64,000 nucleotides of DNA from positions 627,520 through 691,519 of the forward strand of contig MU004193.1 of the NCBI GenBank assembly GCA_010093605.1, in the 5' to 3' direction. The notes beneath the pieces were generated by a model. The model saw only the letters and a list, made by a program, of their open reading frames with translations. It had not been told where the DNA came from and ran no database searches. Shown piece after piece: positions 1 through 14,067 of the stretch; positions within the stretch are counted from its first letter, which is position 1, and each line of letters begins with the position of its first letter. The DNA is from Lophium mytilinum. Lineage: Eukaryota. The position numbers and the translations under genes are program-made.

Positions 1-3000
1 ATAAAGGTATTCTTTAATTATATCTAGTAGTTATTCTTTATAGAAACGCTAGACTTTAGCTAGAACTAGAAAGCTATAGAGGGTCTTTTTATTAGTTTAA
101 CCTACTTAAATATTATTACTAAGAGAGGCAGCTAAAATAACTAACCTTCTTAACTATAACTATATAGATTTCTTATTTTTATAGTATTAGACTACTTTAG
201 TAATAATACACCCTAGATTATAACTATAATCTAGAACTAAGTATTTTCTAAGTAGCTTTAGTATTAAAATTAGCTATATTCTATAAATAGTCCTCTAGCG
301 CCTCTAGATAAAATAGGCGTATTAATACCTACTTTAGTAGAAGCTAGAGTAAATATACTAGGGGTTATATATATAAATAGAGTATATATAGATAGTAGCG
401 CGTATATAAATAGAGGCGCGTATATAAATAGGGCTAGTATTATAATATTATTAGAATATATACTAATACTATAGAGGGCAAGTATAGAGCGCTTTATAGA
501 ATATTACTAGTTAGTAGAAGTATAACTAATAAGTTAGTAGTAGAAGTAATAGTTCTTATTTATAAGCTAACGCTTTTAATTATCTATAAGGCGTTCTAGA
601 GCTAGGCGCTACTAATTAGTAGAAATATTAACGGGGAAGTTTATAACTTTATAAGTTAGTAGCGTAGATATCTAGTAATTCTAGGTAGATATATTTATCT
701 AGCCCTAGCTATAGTTATTCTAGTAGCCTTAGTTTTAGGTATTCTAAGAGACCTAGTTCTAAGTAGCTTAAAACTAACCTATTAGAGTCTAATTAGGGGG
801 GTTCTAATTAGAAGGGTTCTATAGGCGGTTACTGTAGTAGCTACTATAGTAGCTATTATTAGTCTAGAAGTTATTAGGCTATTAGCTATATTATCCGGGC
901 TAGTTATATAGTTAGTGTAGCTAGATATAGTTAACTATAGCTTAGTCTAGAAGCTAGTTATAGTAGGTATTAATAACTTTATATTCTTTTTTATAATATT
1001 TTTCTAGAACGCCTATAGGCTTAGTAATACCTAGGCGGATTTTTACCTTAAGCGCAGTAACATTCTAATAGTATTTTTAGTTTAGTAGTTATACTATAAG
1101 CGCTTAGTATTTTATATAGAATATATTAAGGTTATTATTACTCTATATTAGTTAGTTAAGTTACTAGAAGATAATAGCCTTAGAGTTATATAGTAGGTTC
1201 TTAATATTAAGGCACTTAATAGTATTATTAAGAGTATAAAAGGGCTAATAGCTAGTTATCTATATAATATAGTTGCTAAGAGGTATACTAGTAAGGTATA
1301 TACTAAGAAAGTAGAGGCAGAAGCCCTTATTATATTAGTAGAGGCAGCTACTATAAGTAAACTTACTAAGAACCTAGTAATACTAGGTAATATATTTAGC
1401 TTTATTACTATTATACTTAGAGGGGTATAGTATAGTTTTATTCTTATTTTAATTAGCGCGTGTTCCGCAATTAATATTATATAGAGGTAGTAGAGTGCTA
1501 TTAGGTTCTATAAAAGGTAGTATATATAATTAGAAAGTATAAATTAAATTATAGATATAGGAGTTCTTATTATTATTACTATTACTAGAATTAAAGGGGG
1601 GTTTACTACTACCTAAGTATATATAGGTCTATTAACTATAAAGAGGCTTATTAGGGCGGCGGGGTAGTAAGAGTTCTTATTACTAGTAGTTATAGCTATA
1701 GCCTTATAAATAATTATAGCTAGCTAGTAGAGTAGAAGGGTAATATATAGGCTTAGTACTATCTTTAGCTATAATATAGGCTATAAGCTTACGCTAATAG
1801 CCTATAGTAGCGGTAAGTTAGGTAGTAATCTTAGTAGGGGGGGGGGTACTAGTGCAAGTTATAGAGTCGCGGGTAGTAGTAGTCTAGAGGCTATTAATAT
1901 AGGCTTTAGTAGTAGTAAGAGCTTTTTTAATATTCTTAATATAGGCTTTAAGCTTAGTAATATACTTAGCTAAAGCTTTACTATAAGTCTTAAGCTTAGT
2001 AATATACTTTACTACTATTATATTAATAGTATCTATCTATATAGTAAATACTACTATATTAGCTATATATTTATATATAATTTTATTCTTAGTATTTCTA
2101 GTATAGATAGTATTATCTCTATTATAAATAGTATTATTATAGTTATTATAAAGGTTAGAAAGGTTAGACTAGTATTTAAATTTTATATTAGTAATAGTCT
2201 TTTCTAGCTACTTAATATTATCTTTTATAGCCTAGAGATAATTATTCTATTACTTAATTATTTTATAAGCTTACTTATTTAGCTTAGCCTATACTTCTAT
2301 AGAGGCCTTATTTTATTTAAGGCAGTTATATAGTTAATAAATCTTAGCTTTATATAAACGGGTTAATTTAAAGGCTATTACTTTATTCTTAATAATAAAG
2401 TCTATAAAGGCTTTAGTATTAGAGACCTTATATATAATAGGGGCTTTATTAGCATCTTACTTATTAATAGTAGAGTAGTTAATAAGTTTATCTACTTTAA
2501 GAATAGAATTCTTAAAGGCGCCGGGCATCTTAGAGTAGTAGATATAGCTACTAGAATTAGGTTAATTAAAGTGTTTCTAAAGCTTATTATCTTTAAGGAT
2601 AGCGTTGCCTTTAGTAAGGCCTTTAGTAAGGTTATCTTAGATATTATCTTAGGTATTATTATTATAGCTACGCGTGCGCTATAAGTTTCTAGTAATTATC
2701 TAGAACTCCTTAGCGGTATTCTAGAAGTCTTAAGTTAAGGCCTAGAAGTTTAAGAGTAGAATAGTGCGCTATAATAAAAGGTTATAAAGCTTTTATATAC
2801 TAGTTATACTAAGAGAGTTATAGCTATTAGCTATAGTATTAATAGCTGCGCGGGGTAATTATAGAGTATTATAGTTTACTAGTAGTAGATTATAGTTTAA
2901 AGACTTAGTAGAATAGTAGCTAGATAGAGCAACTTTATAGTATTATAGACTATAAGAGGTAAGGTATAGAGTATAGTATTAAGTAAGAAATAGAGTATAT

Positions 3001-6000
3001 TTATAAAGATAAAGTTATATAGAGGTAGAGGTTTTACGCGGCATAGGCTAAATATAGGCTAGAGGTATAAAACTATACTAGCGCATAGGCTTATATAATA
3101 TAGCTAAGAGCATGTAATATATATAGAGCTAGATCTATTATATCTTTTATAAGCTAGATAGGCGCTAATATACTAGTCTATAGAGAATATTATTTAGGGC
3201 TAGTAATAGTACTTATAGAGTTATATATAGGTTAAAGTTATTCTAGTATATCTAGCGGGCTTAGATTTATATATAGATTAGATAATATAAGTATATAGTT
3301 ATTTAATATCTAGAATATAAAGCTACTTATAGATATAGAGAAGATTATTAATAACTTTATAGTTACTAAGTTCTATTTATAGATAGTAATCTTAGTAGAA
3401 TTAGATAGAAAGCTATTACTAGTTATAGTATTTAGCATATTTTATAGCTTATATAATAGGGTTACCTTTAGAGTATTTTTAGACCCTTTAAAGAATCTAG
3501 TTATCTATAAAAACTATTTTCTTAAATAAATTATTTAGCTTATTATCTATAGGTAGTTTCTTAGTAGTAGAATTATATAGCTTATCTACTAGAGTTATTT
3601 TATTCTTTTTAGGGCGTTCTTATAGATAGGCTGGGCTAGAGTCCTTTATCTTATCTAGCTTAGCTATTAGTTAAGGTGTTTTTCGAGGGCGTCCTCTTAG
3701 GCGAGCTAGAGTAGAGTTATTTAGCTTATCTAGCTTAGCTATTAGTTAAGAAACTATAGATATAGTTATCTTCTTAAGGCGGCCTTTTATACGCACGCGT
3801 AGTCTAGAATTATTTAGCTTATCTAGAATAGTAGGTAGAGGGCGTATATATATAACTACTAACTAAACGCCTTTATTATCTAGGTAATTAAATTTACTAA
3901 AGTTATATATTATCTAGGCTAGTTTAATAAAAGTATACTTAAGCATATTAGTTAGAATATACGTAAGCTTAATAGTATAGTATATTTCTAGTTTATAGTT
4001 AGCTAGCTTTAGTATAACTTACTCTTAATATTTATACTAATTATTACCTAGGGCTAGTTTATTACCTAGTTATTAAGTTAGTAGGTTAGGTTTTTTATTC
4101 TACTTACCTAGTTTATAGGTAATTTTAAAGTTAAACTTAGCTAGAAATTCCGCCTAGTAAGCTTATTAATAGTTAAGGTATTTAGAAGTTATAAATATTT
4201 ATAGGTTTTTATAATCTAATATAATATTAACTAGACTATTATATTTCTATTCTTATCTAGTAAGTTTTAGCCTCTATTCTTTAAAGGCTAGAACTATAGC
4301 TAGAAGCTTCTTATTATAGATAGCGTAGTTAATCTATTATAGTATTATTTATTATAATATAAAGGCGACTAGGTAAAGTATTCTATTAGGCTAGACTTAT
4401 AATAGTATAGTAGCTATAGTATAATCTAAAGAATTATACTTAACCTAAGTATTATAGTTAGAGTTCTATAGTATAAGCTATAGTACTATATAGAAGCATT
4501 TCTTAATATTATAAAAAGCTTTAGCTTTATTACTATTATCTAGCTATAGAAATTTAAAGCCTTTTTATATAGTAGAGGTTAATATTATTAGTAGAGCTAT
4601 AAATACTAAGTAGTTAGCTATAAAGTATTAATAGAAATTATAGAAGCTAAGAAATACTTATATATTCTTAAGGTTTCTTAGCGTTAGCTAGTCTAGTACT
4701 ATTTAGACCTTAGCTAGATCTATTTAAACTCTATTAACGCTAATAAGTATACTAAGGTATTTAACTTTATTAATAGTAAATTTATATTTATAGATATTAA
4801 GAAATAGACCTATATTATAAAGTTTAGTAATAACTATAAAAATATATACTTTATATTCTTCTAGTATATTACTATATATTAAGATATTATCTATATATAC
4901 TATATAGAAATTATTAAGATATTTTTATAAGGTATTATTAATATATACCTAGAAGAAACTAGGTATATTATATAAACTAAATAGAAGGACTATAAATTTA
5001 AATAGCCCCTAATAAGTAAGAAAAGTAGTCTTATATTTATTGCCTTCTTTAATATAGAGGGCGTTAAACGCGCTAATTATATCTAGTTTTATATAGTACT
5101 TAGCTTTAGCTAGTAGTATAAGAGTATTCTTTACTAGCAGTAGTATATTACGGCTTTTAATACTAATCTTATTAAGGCTATAGTAATTAATATAGATATA
5201 GAGTCCTCTATCTAGTTTCTTAATAACTAGGGTTAGTGCGGCGTATAAAGAGAAACTTAGTTAAATAAAACTCTTTACGCGCATTTTATTAATAAAGGCT
5301 TTAATAATAGCTACTTAATCTTTTAAAAGGCTATATACTTTACAGGCTAGCGGCTTAGAGTCTAGAAGGACGTTAATTGCGTAGTCTATTAGTTAATAGG
5401 GTGGAAGCTTATTAGCTTTATGCGGGTTCTATGCGTCTACTATATAATAAAGCTAGTTAGGGAGTAATGCTTTAATCTCTATATTAGTAATAGAAGGCTA
5501 ATTTATTTTCTTAAAGAACTTCTAATAGTTAGATAGATTAATAGTAAAGATATTAGCTATAAAAGCTATAGTTTATATATTATAGAGAATGTTATTAAGC
5601 TCTATAAGGCTATATAAAGCTAGGTTATTCTCTAGTATAGAGATTTAGGGGTAAGTTATAGGCTAAGGCCTTTTACGCTTATAATTATCTATCTACTATA
5701 GCTTTTTCTAATTATTATCTTAAAGCTAAATAATATAGTCCTCTTTATTATCGCGCTAAAGCTTTTAGCATGCAGCTATTATATCTTTTATCTTATCTAG
5801 TTCTAGACTAAGTTTCTAATACTTACTAAAAACTTATTAAAGTGTAGTATTATATATACGCTTATCTACCCGGGTAATATTATAGTCTTTACTATTACTC
5901 TATACTTATCTATATCTATTAGTATAAAGGCAGTAATTATAATAGAAGTTCTTATTAAAGTTAAGAGTATGCTTACCCTATATAATATTAGACTTATATT

Positions 6001-9000
6001 TCTTAAACTATAGTATACCTAATATAATATTATATTCTTTAAGATTTATAATATAATACTATATATTCTCTATATAGGCTTCTAAGAATAGTATAAGTTA
6101 GGCCTTATAAGTTATAAGCTTTATAGGTATACTATTAGCTAAGTATAGTAGAATAGAAGTAGCTAGTAGTAGTATTATAAGCTTATTAGCTTTAGTATAT
6201 AACTATAAGATAAAGGTAAAGTAGAAATAGCCTATATTAGTAAGGTAGCGGCTATTAGTTATACTAGTAGATATATAAATTCTATATTTAAAATTTAACT
6301 ACTTACTATAAGTAATATCTTAGGTTAAGTTAGTAGAATAGGCTAATAGTTAGATTTTACTAGGCTTAGAAGGCGGCCGCTCTAACTTCTAGATATAAGC
6401 TATAATAGTACTTAGAAAGAATTCTATATAGCTCTATTTATAACTATAGTTAAAGCCTATATAAAATTCTTCTAGTTACTATTACTATTAGTATTACTAA
6501 GTATACTAGAAGAGGATACTTTATTAGTATAGGTAATAATAGTAAGGTTCTTTCTATTACTATTAATGGAAATTAAGTTATTATAGTCTTTATCCGCGTA
6601 GTAGATTATAGAAAGCTTAAGTTTAAGGCTATTATTAGCTTTAGATAGATATTTAGTTAGCTTACGCTTTAATAAAGGGGGTTTATTAGCGTATAGGCGC
6701 TTAGAGTTATTAGCTTAATAGCCCTTCTTAATATAGTAGAAGTAATAGCCTTTAGTATATAGTACTACTATAACTACTAGAGAAAGATAAATAGAGCAGT
6801 TACCTTAGTTCTTTTTATTATTGCGAGTAGATAACTATTATCTATAGCTCTATTTAGGGCGGCGGTCTTAGTTCTAGTAGTTATTTAGTTAGTAGTTACT
6901 TAAGTAGTTATTACTATAGCTATTATAGAATCTAGATAATTAAGAGGGTTAGATAGTTACTTTATACTAAGTATTATTCTAAAGAAAGGCTTTAGCGCGG
7001 AATACTATAGCGATAAGGGTAGGCTAATCTTAGTAGCTATTAGCGCTGCTAAATACTTAGCGGCTAAGATCTAAACGTAGTAGACGCTTAAGCTATCCTT
7101 TCTTAAAGGTAAAAGAAATCTAGTTCTTATTATTAATATTAGTTATCTCTTTAAAATGTAGTATATATATATTCTATAACTTATAGCCCTTTATCTTTAC
7201 TTTATTACTATAGAGAATATTATCTATATAGATAGGCTTATTAAAGATAGTAAAATATAGATCTATATAGGTAAATATCTTATTAAAAGTTTTAAAGTTC
7301 TTATTTAGTAAAAGCTTTTTAAACTAGGTATAGCTATAGATAGTAGCTTTTACGTAATTAATATAGTATAACTTAATATATTCTATCTTACTCTACTTAT
7401 CTAGGTAGGCTAGGCCCTTATATTAGAAGATAGCGTAGGCGTAGCTCTTCTAAAATAGGTATTAGTATTTATTACTCTTACTAGTAAATTTCTAGAGATT
7501 ATAAAATTTTAGCTTATAGTCTCTATAGAGCTATAGGCGTATAAGCTAAGTTATAGTATTATTATCTATAATAGTAAAGTTATTATAATTAGTATTATTA
7601 TTATTATCTTCTAAGTTATAGTTAAGGTTGCCTGCGGCGGCGGCGGCAGCGTAATGTAATTAGGCGGGCGCTAATACTACTATCTAGTTTACTTTTAGAT
7701 TAGTATACTACTACTTATAGATAAAGCTAAGCTCTTTAAAGTAATTATACTAGATTTATAGATAGTCTAAGTTCTATTATACTATAGTAATGTCTTATTA
7801 GAGGGCTTTATTTACTAAGCGTACTTTATCTAGAAGGAGAGTCTTAGCTTTATAAGCTTTATATTTAGTTATAAACTATTAAGTATACTTAGTATATACC
7901 TTCTTATTTTCTAATTAAAGACGCGTAATATCTTTAGTTAGTTAAGTAACTTTAGCTTATAGATATAAGATCTTATTAGGGTCTTAAGCTTAGTTATAAA
8001 GGGTAGTTAGCTCTATATCTTAGGCCCGGTAATTCTCTTAAAGAGATTCTAGGTTCTACTAGAATATAGTAACTCTATAGTATATATTTTTATAGTACTT
8101 AGAAACTATATTATAAAATACTTTAGTAGAGTTAAGATTAATATTAATAGTATTAGTAATTCTATTATAGTTAATATAGAATATAATTCCTTTAGCTATT
8201 ATAGTAAAGTATAACTTATAGTAGCTAGAGTTATAGCGTGCTAGGCCTAGTATAGGTAATTCTAGGTTAGGCTATAATAGTATAGCTATAGTAGAGGGAC
8301 TCTATACTAATAGAGGTAGGTTATCTATATACTTTTTAGTGCGCTAGGCTTTCTAAGTAAATAAAAGAACTAGGCTTATAGAAATATTATTATTCTATAT
8401 ATTAAGAAGGTTACCTTAAGTAAAGTAGACTACTTTATAGAGGTCTATAGTAGACTAGAATTAAGTATTATTATTTTTCTTATTAAGCTTATCTAGCTTC
8501 TAGTCTAGCTACTTATTATCTTTCTTATTAGAGGTAATATAGAACTCTTTATCCTCTAGATTAAGAGAGCGCCTACTATATTAAAGAATAGTAGTTAGTA
8601 GTTAACTATAGGCTATAGCTATACCTAGTCTAATAGTACCGGCCTTTAGTATATAGAGTTTACTATAAGTAGCTAGCTACTCTAGAGTAGAACTAATACT
8701 ATATTAAGATAGTTTACCTATCTTTTTATATAAGAATTTTATATATTAGGTCTCTTATTATATATACTAAGAGTTTAAGGCTAGTATAGATTATATAGTT
8801 TAGCTCTTAATATTAGAGTATAGATTAGTATTACTACTCTTATTAATATATATATTACTAGAGGAAGCTTCTAAATATACTATAGTATATTTACCGCAAC
8901 TTAGTATTATAGGCGGGTAGTTCTACTTATAGGGTCTTAAATAAGAAGAAACTAGTATTAAAGAGTTATACTAGTTAACTATTACTAGTTAAGTAATAGT

Positions 9001-11820
9001 AGATAGTATTCTAGTAGATAGATAATAGTCTAGATAGTTAGATAGAGGAAAAGATTAGTATAGAAAGAAAGGTTATAGAGCCTTTATAAAAGCTAGTAAG
9101 TAGGTATTTTATAGCTAGGCGCCTAGCGCTATTCTTAGTAGCTAAATTAATTAGTAAATAACTATACTTAGTTTAGTTAGTTTATGCGCGCGTAAATAGA
9201 GGCGCTATAGTAAGTAGATTTATAGGGTCTATGCGTTAGTTTATATAGATAATAGGGTATAGTAATATTCTTACTATAAGGTTATAGGGCCTTTTAAGAT
9301 TATAGAGTCTTCTTCTATTTTAGTTTCTTATTAATAAAAGTTATAGAAATTAAATTCTAGTAGCTATAGGGGCGCCGGTATATATATAGGTAAGTAGGTA
9401 GATAAAAAAAGTACTTCTAATATCTTCTAGAAGCTAGAAGGGTAGCTACTTTATATTATAGTATAATATAGAATTATAATAGAAAACTAATAGTATTAAG
9501 TATATAATAAAGTAGCTATAAGAAGAGAAAGAGTAGAGCGCGGAGCGCTAGCTAAGAGGTAGGTAAGGCTAGCGCTAAGTAAGGTTATATAACGGTAGCA
9601 TGTAATAGAGGCTACGTAATACTATTACTTATAATAGAAACGTATTATAATAAGGGTTACGTTATAGCTATAATAATTAATATTAGTTTCTTAAAAGTAA
9701 TTATTATCTAATTCTTTATTAGCCCTAGAGATAGTATTAAGGCGGCCCTAATAGTCTCTTATTCTCTTATACTAGAAGATTTAATACTTATTAGTAGTAG
9801 TAACCTATACTATCTATTTATTAAAATTAGAAGAGGCCTACGCTTAGGCATTAATATAAAACTTAAGGCTAGGTTTTAAACCTGCGCGGGCATATTAATA
9901 TACTTTAAGATTAAATAGAGCTATATTAAGAGGGTATATATAAGTAGCCCTAATAAGCTTATTAAAGAACTATTAAGTACTAGTTATCTATACTATTTTA
10001 TTAAAGTAGTATTAGTGTTACTCTAGCATATCTACGCTCTTATAGCGGCGGCTAAAGGTAGTAAAAAACTAATCTAATATAGTAAACTTAGTATTATCTT
10101 AATAGTACTATTAAATATCTTAGTTCTATTAAATAGCTATAGTTCTAGCTATATAGCTACTAGCTAGCTAAATCTTTTAAGTTTCTAGTATCTACTAGTA
10201 AACCTATTAATAGGCATCTACTTATATAGTAATAAAGTTATATATCTAAACTATCTAGATAGGGTATATATTATTATTAACTTTATCTAACTATATAGTA
10301 GAAGTTCTTATAAGAACTTTAGATAGCGCTATTAGATAAAATTCTTTTATAGCTAATATTCTTTTAAAGGCTTATTAAAGCTCTTATATAGTTTATTCTA
10401 ATAGAGGCTTATTATAGTCTAGTATTAAATAATCTAAGAAAGTATTAGATAATAGACCCTAAAAGTTAGTAGTACTCTAAAAAGTAGGCTACTACTAGGG
10501 GTTATTTAATATATTCTTAATATAGGTATAGTACTTAAAAACTATAGCTTATAGCTATTCTAGTATAGTAGCCTACTACTATTATATAGAAGAAGCTAAT
10601 ATAAAACTAAAAAGTTCTAGTTTTTAGTAATCTATTATATACTCTATTATAGGGGCTTAAAAGTATTAATAGCTATCTAAAAAAGGTATAAATAATAGCC
10701 CTTAATAGATAAGCCCTAGATTATAGGCTAGAGTACTACTATAAATAATTAAAGAATCTTAAACTAGTAGCTTAATAGGTTTTAGAGTAGCGGCCTACTT
10801 AGCCTATAAGGCTAATATTAGATTAGATAGATTATAAAATATAGTACTAAACTAAAAGAGCCTTTAAAAGAGTTCTTAAAGGTTAAAAGATAATCTATTA
10901 GAATAATAATATCTATTACTAGATATAAAAGAAAGCTAAGAGTTATAGAATATCTAAGAATAAGAAAGAGTAAAAAAGAGTTAATAACTATAATATAATT
11001 AAAGTAAAGAGTAAGAAAAGAGTACTAAGATAGTAATATTAAGTTTCTTTCTTAAATGCTTTTTAATATCCTATTAGAGAGGGAGGATTCTTAAAAGAAC
11101 TTCTCTACCTTCTTTTTATAATTAACTTATAAGGATTTCTAATTACTATATAATTATTAGGCTCTATTAAGCTATAATATTATTCTTCTTACTATTCTAC
11201 TATTAATCTTGCTTTAGTAGCTAATAGAATATATAGTTAGTTGCGTAGAAGTATTAAAAGAAATAGAAAAATTCTATAGTAATATTCTAGCTAAGGGCTC
11301 TTTAGACCTATACTATTTAATTTTTATAAGAATATTTATAATAGATAGTTATACTATAATACTGGCCTAATACTAATTAGGGGCTATTATTAATAGTTAT
11401 TATTAATTACTAATTAGGTTAATTTTTAGAAACTATTAATATAGCTTAGTATTATTATAATAATCTAAAAATTCTACTAATTATAGAAGCTAATATTTTC
11501 TATTATTACTAAGAGTTAATTATAAGAATATAGCCTTAGCTAGCTCTATACTATTAAGTTTAAGAATTTAATAGCCCTTTAAGAAGGCCTTAAAGGCGGC
11601 TAGAACTATAACTAAGCTACTAGATATAATATTTCTAATTATATAATATAAGAATTTAAAGAATAATAGATATTAATTCTATATAGAAATCTAGCTAGAC
11701 TATATATATATTAGAGAGGCCTATATAGGCCTTAATTATACTAGATTTATATAGAAAAGCATTCTTATAGTAGATCTATATATTATGTATATAATATCTA
11801 AATATTAACTGTATATTAAG
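1..11820. repeat. AT-rich, RIP-degenerated repeat/heterochromatin block
   Basis: TpA is overwhelming and CpA/TpG are nearly absent, while CG/GC survive. No ORF of 60 aa or more appears in the track. Composition shifts to normal around 11.8-11.9 kb. Confidence 0.95.
3113..9600 (-). mobile_element. RIP-inactivated Ty3/gypsy LTR retrotransposon relic (gag-PR-RT-RH-partial IN)
   Basis: Minus-strand translation shows transition-damaged motifs in gypsy order: Gag knuckle YFYY..KGY (~6750-6718, from CFxC..GH), protease YLTNIG (~6247-6230, from DTG), RT KLDIISAFNAL (~5085-5055) and VYIDNILIYS (4900-4871, from YxDD), RNase H NYAIYNKKLLAIV (4330-4292), integrase HHCC-like YKSKPARY/YY*P/AYLAYK (3280-3145). 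Outer boundaries are approximate. Confidence 0.9.
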
Positions 11821-12228
11821 AATTCTACAAGTTTACGCAGCTGTTAGGGCTTCTAACTTTCGCGTCCCGTCCCGGATATTAAGCTGTCGCTGGTGGCTTT
11901 CCATAGTCAATTAAAGATAGCATTAACTATTAAACTCGCGATTGCCTGGTCGACTGACGAGATGGCTTGTTGTTGAAAGAGGTGATGGCAAGATGATGGA
12001 ATGGTGTTCGTTTTGACAAGTGGAGATGCCTACGTAGTTTAATTCCTTGCAAACGCAGCAGCACTACCACGTCGCTGTATCATTCTATCACAGCTCTATA
12101 AAGTACCTATCTCCATGAAAGATTTCTTCTACAAGTTCAGTCATCTCCTGCACGGCCACTAAAGTAAAAAGATTCCCATTAAAAGGCCTAGTCACGTGAT
12201 ATTTCACCACTCTCGAACTTTTCTCAAC

Positions 12229-12423
12229 ATGGTTTCCTCAGAGCAACAGACTGACCCCGAGAGGCACAATCGGGTTCCCCAAGTCGAAGAATGTAATGGG
12301 ATGTACCCCTACCAGCTTAGGAGGTGCTGCAATTGCGAGCAGTATCTAACTGGTGCTGTTGGCTCCGTCCAATACTGTCTCTATTGCGCGCATATCTTGT
12401 GCCCAAACTGCGCCTACGGTTAG
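12229..12423 (+). CDS. Small Cys-rich protein, putative double zinc ribbon (64 aa)
   Basis: ATG at 12229; pattern CCxC-x13-CxxCxHxxCxxC; TATAAA at ~12097. The ORF is short and its expression unproven. Confidence 0.5.
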   Translation: MVSSEQQTDPERHNRVPQVEECNGMYPYQLRRCCNCEQYLTGAVGSVQYCLYCAHILCPNCAYG

Positions 12424-12886
12424 ACGAAATGCGTGTATCTCATTAGATAGTGCAGACGGTTCAAAAATGCGTATTTCTTAGTATGTGCATATGAATGTGC
12501 CTCGTGCTCGTAACAGCGACGATACAGATGGAGGACCTGTCGCAAAGAAAGAGAACTCCTCAACACGCATGATTGGATCAACATTCCAATCTGCACAGCC
12601 CCGTTCATCGAACCCAGAATCGCATTCGCCGTATCGAAAGCGATGAGCTGACTATCCAACCAATCAGAGCGCTGATCAGCGGCGGGGAATCTGCCTCGCG
12701 TCTTTCAACACCAAAAGTCAACCTCGATTCTCAAGCCTCATCCATCACAATGAAAACATGGCGGTGGCTCTGCTCACCCCACCGGCATCCACCACATCTC
12801 CAAGCCGCTATCAAAACCTATACAAATCCCTAAATAACCCTCAAACCCACTAACCTAACCAGCAAGCCATCCCCATCTCAACAACC

Positions 12887-13774
12887 ATGCCCACCACCCT
12901 CAACAACAAATCTCGCTCCCCTCCCCCCATCAACCTCGCCCTCATCTCCTCCACCGAGAAAGCAGAACTCCACTCCTCCGCCCTCTCCATCACCTCCTCC
13001 TCCACCGCCTTCACAACCTCCACCTCCACAACCCTCTCCCCGTCCCCCTTCGTCCCAGCATCCACCCTCCACATCACCACCCGCGGCATCCCCCTCCTCC
13101 GCCCCCCCCTCGCCCCCTCCGCCCTCACAACCCAAATCCAGCGGGTGGGCAGGGACGGCGCCCTCGCCTACACCTCTACCCGCCCCTCCCGCTGCTCCGG
13201 CTCCTGCGTCCTCGCCAACGCCGCCGCTACTCCTCTCATCAGCACAACCTATTTCTGGGGCCCGGGCCGCGATCCCGTGCTCACGTATCTACATCAGGAT
13301 ACCGATACCGACGCTGACGTCGTGAAGCCGTCTACGGATACGATAAAAACAACCTCGAAATGGACCTCCCGCGCGCAGACGTTTGTGTTAGCGGACGGCC
13401 GGGCGTTCGAGTGGGCGTATGTGCGGGAGCGCGCCGCCGTGCCCGGCGATACAGGTGATGGTGGGAAGAGAGAGGGGGCTAAGGTCGTGAATCTGGTGCT
13501 GTGGCGGACGGACCCGTCCACCAACCCACCCACATCCCACCCGCCCACCTCGAGGCGGCGGGTGGCGCAGTTGGTGAGGAACGACAAGACGCGGGCGGCG
13601 GGGAGTTCGCGGTCGAGTGCGGGGAATGGGGGGGAGTTGCAGCTAGCCGCGCCGCAGGCAGGGGATCTGGACGAGGCCGGGGTGGTGGCGAGTTGTTTGG
13701 TGATGTTGAAGAAGGAGGTGGATCGGCGGCGGACGGTGCAGATGATGGCGATGGGGGGTGGGGCGGGGAGTTGA
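12887..13774 (+). CDS. Conserved fungal hypothetical protein (295 aa)
   Basis: Single-exon ORF with TTYFWGPGRDP, DGRAFEW, AQLVRNDKTR..GS..SSAGNGGEL and VASCLVMLKKEVDRRR motifs typical of a common fungal family of unknown function. Confidence 0.8.
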   Translation: MPTTLNNKSRSPPPINLALISSTEKAELHSSALSITSSSTAFTTSTSTTLSPSPFVPASTLHITTRGIPLLRPPLAPSALTTQIQRVGRDGALAYTSTRPSRCSGSCVLANAAATPLISTTYFWGPGRDPVLTYLHQDTDTDADVVKPSTDTIKTTSKWTSRAQTFVLADGRAFEWAYVRERAAVPGDTGDGGKREGAKVVNLVLWRTDPSTNPPTSHPPTSRRRVAQLVRNDKTRAAGSSRSSAGNGGELQLAAPQAGDLDEAGVVASCLVMLKKEVDRRRTVQMMAMGGGAGS

Positions 13775-14067
13775 GGGTTAGACGGGGAGGAGAGGTGAGA
13801 GTAGTCCTATAGTGGTATGTTTCGTATATATCGTTCTTTATAAGTCAAATTTCAAATTTAATATTATTCATCGTTCAAAAGTGGGTTGAAGTAAAGAGAT
13901 AATTTCGATGCGTCTATGTTACGTACGGTCAAAGTGGAGTGTTGCCACTATTCTGCTTTTCTATGATACAGGTTTATCCCATCAGAGTCGCCTTCAAAGG
14001 CATGTGGGTATTTCTTCCAAACGAACGCCGGGTGATGCGATAATGAATAAACTCTTTCTCTTTTTCC

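Noticed and set aside
1837..1846. G10 run as the polypurine tract of an LTR element
   Set aside because: Not followed by a recognisable TG-starting LTR; could be Pro codons on the minus strand.
1..3110. Family assignment for the left RIPed segment
   Set aside because: It looks like decayed minus-strand coding sequence, but no recognisable domain is present.
9700..11650. RIPed + strand gene, possibly telomere-linked helicase/DUF3505-like or a transposase
   Set aside because: Only vague motif resemblance after mental de-RIPing; no diagnostic helicase or DDE motif is readable.
11717..11732. 16-bp palindrome AGGCCTATATAGGCCT near the RIP border
   Set aside because: RIP-derived TA-rich sequence generates palindromes readily; no supporting context.
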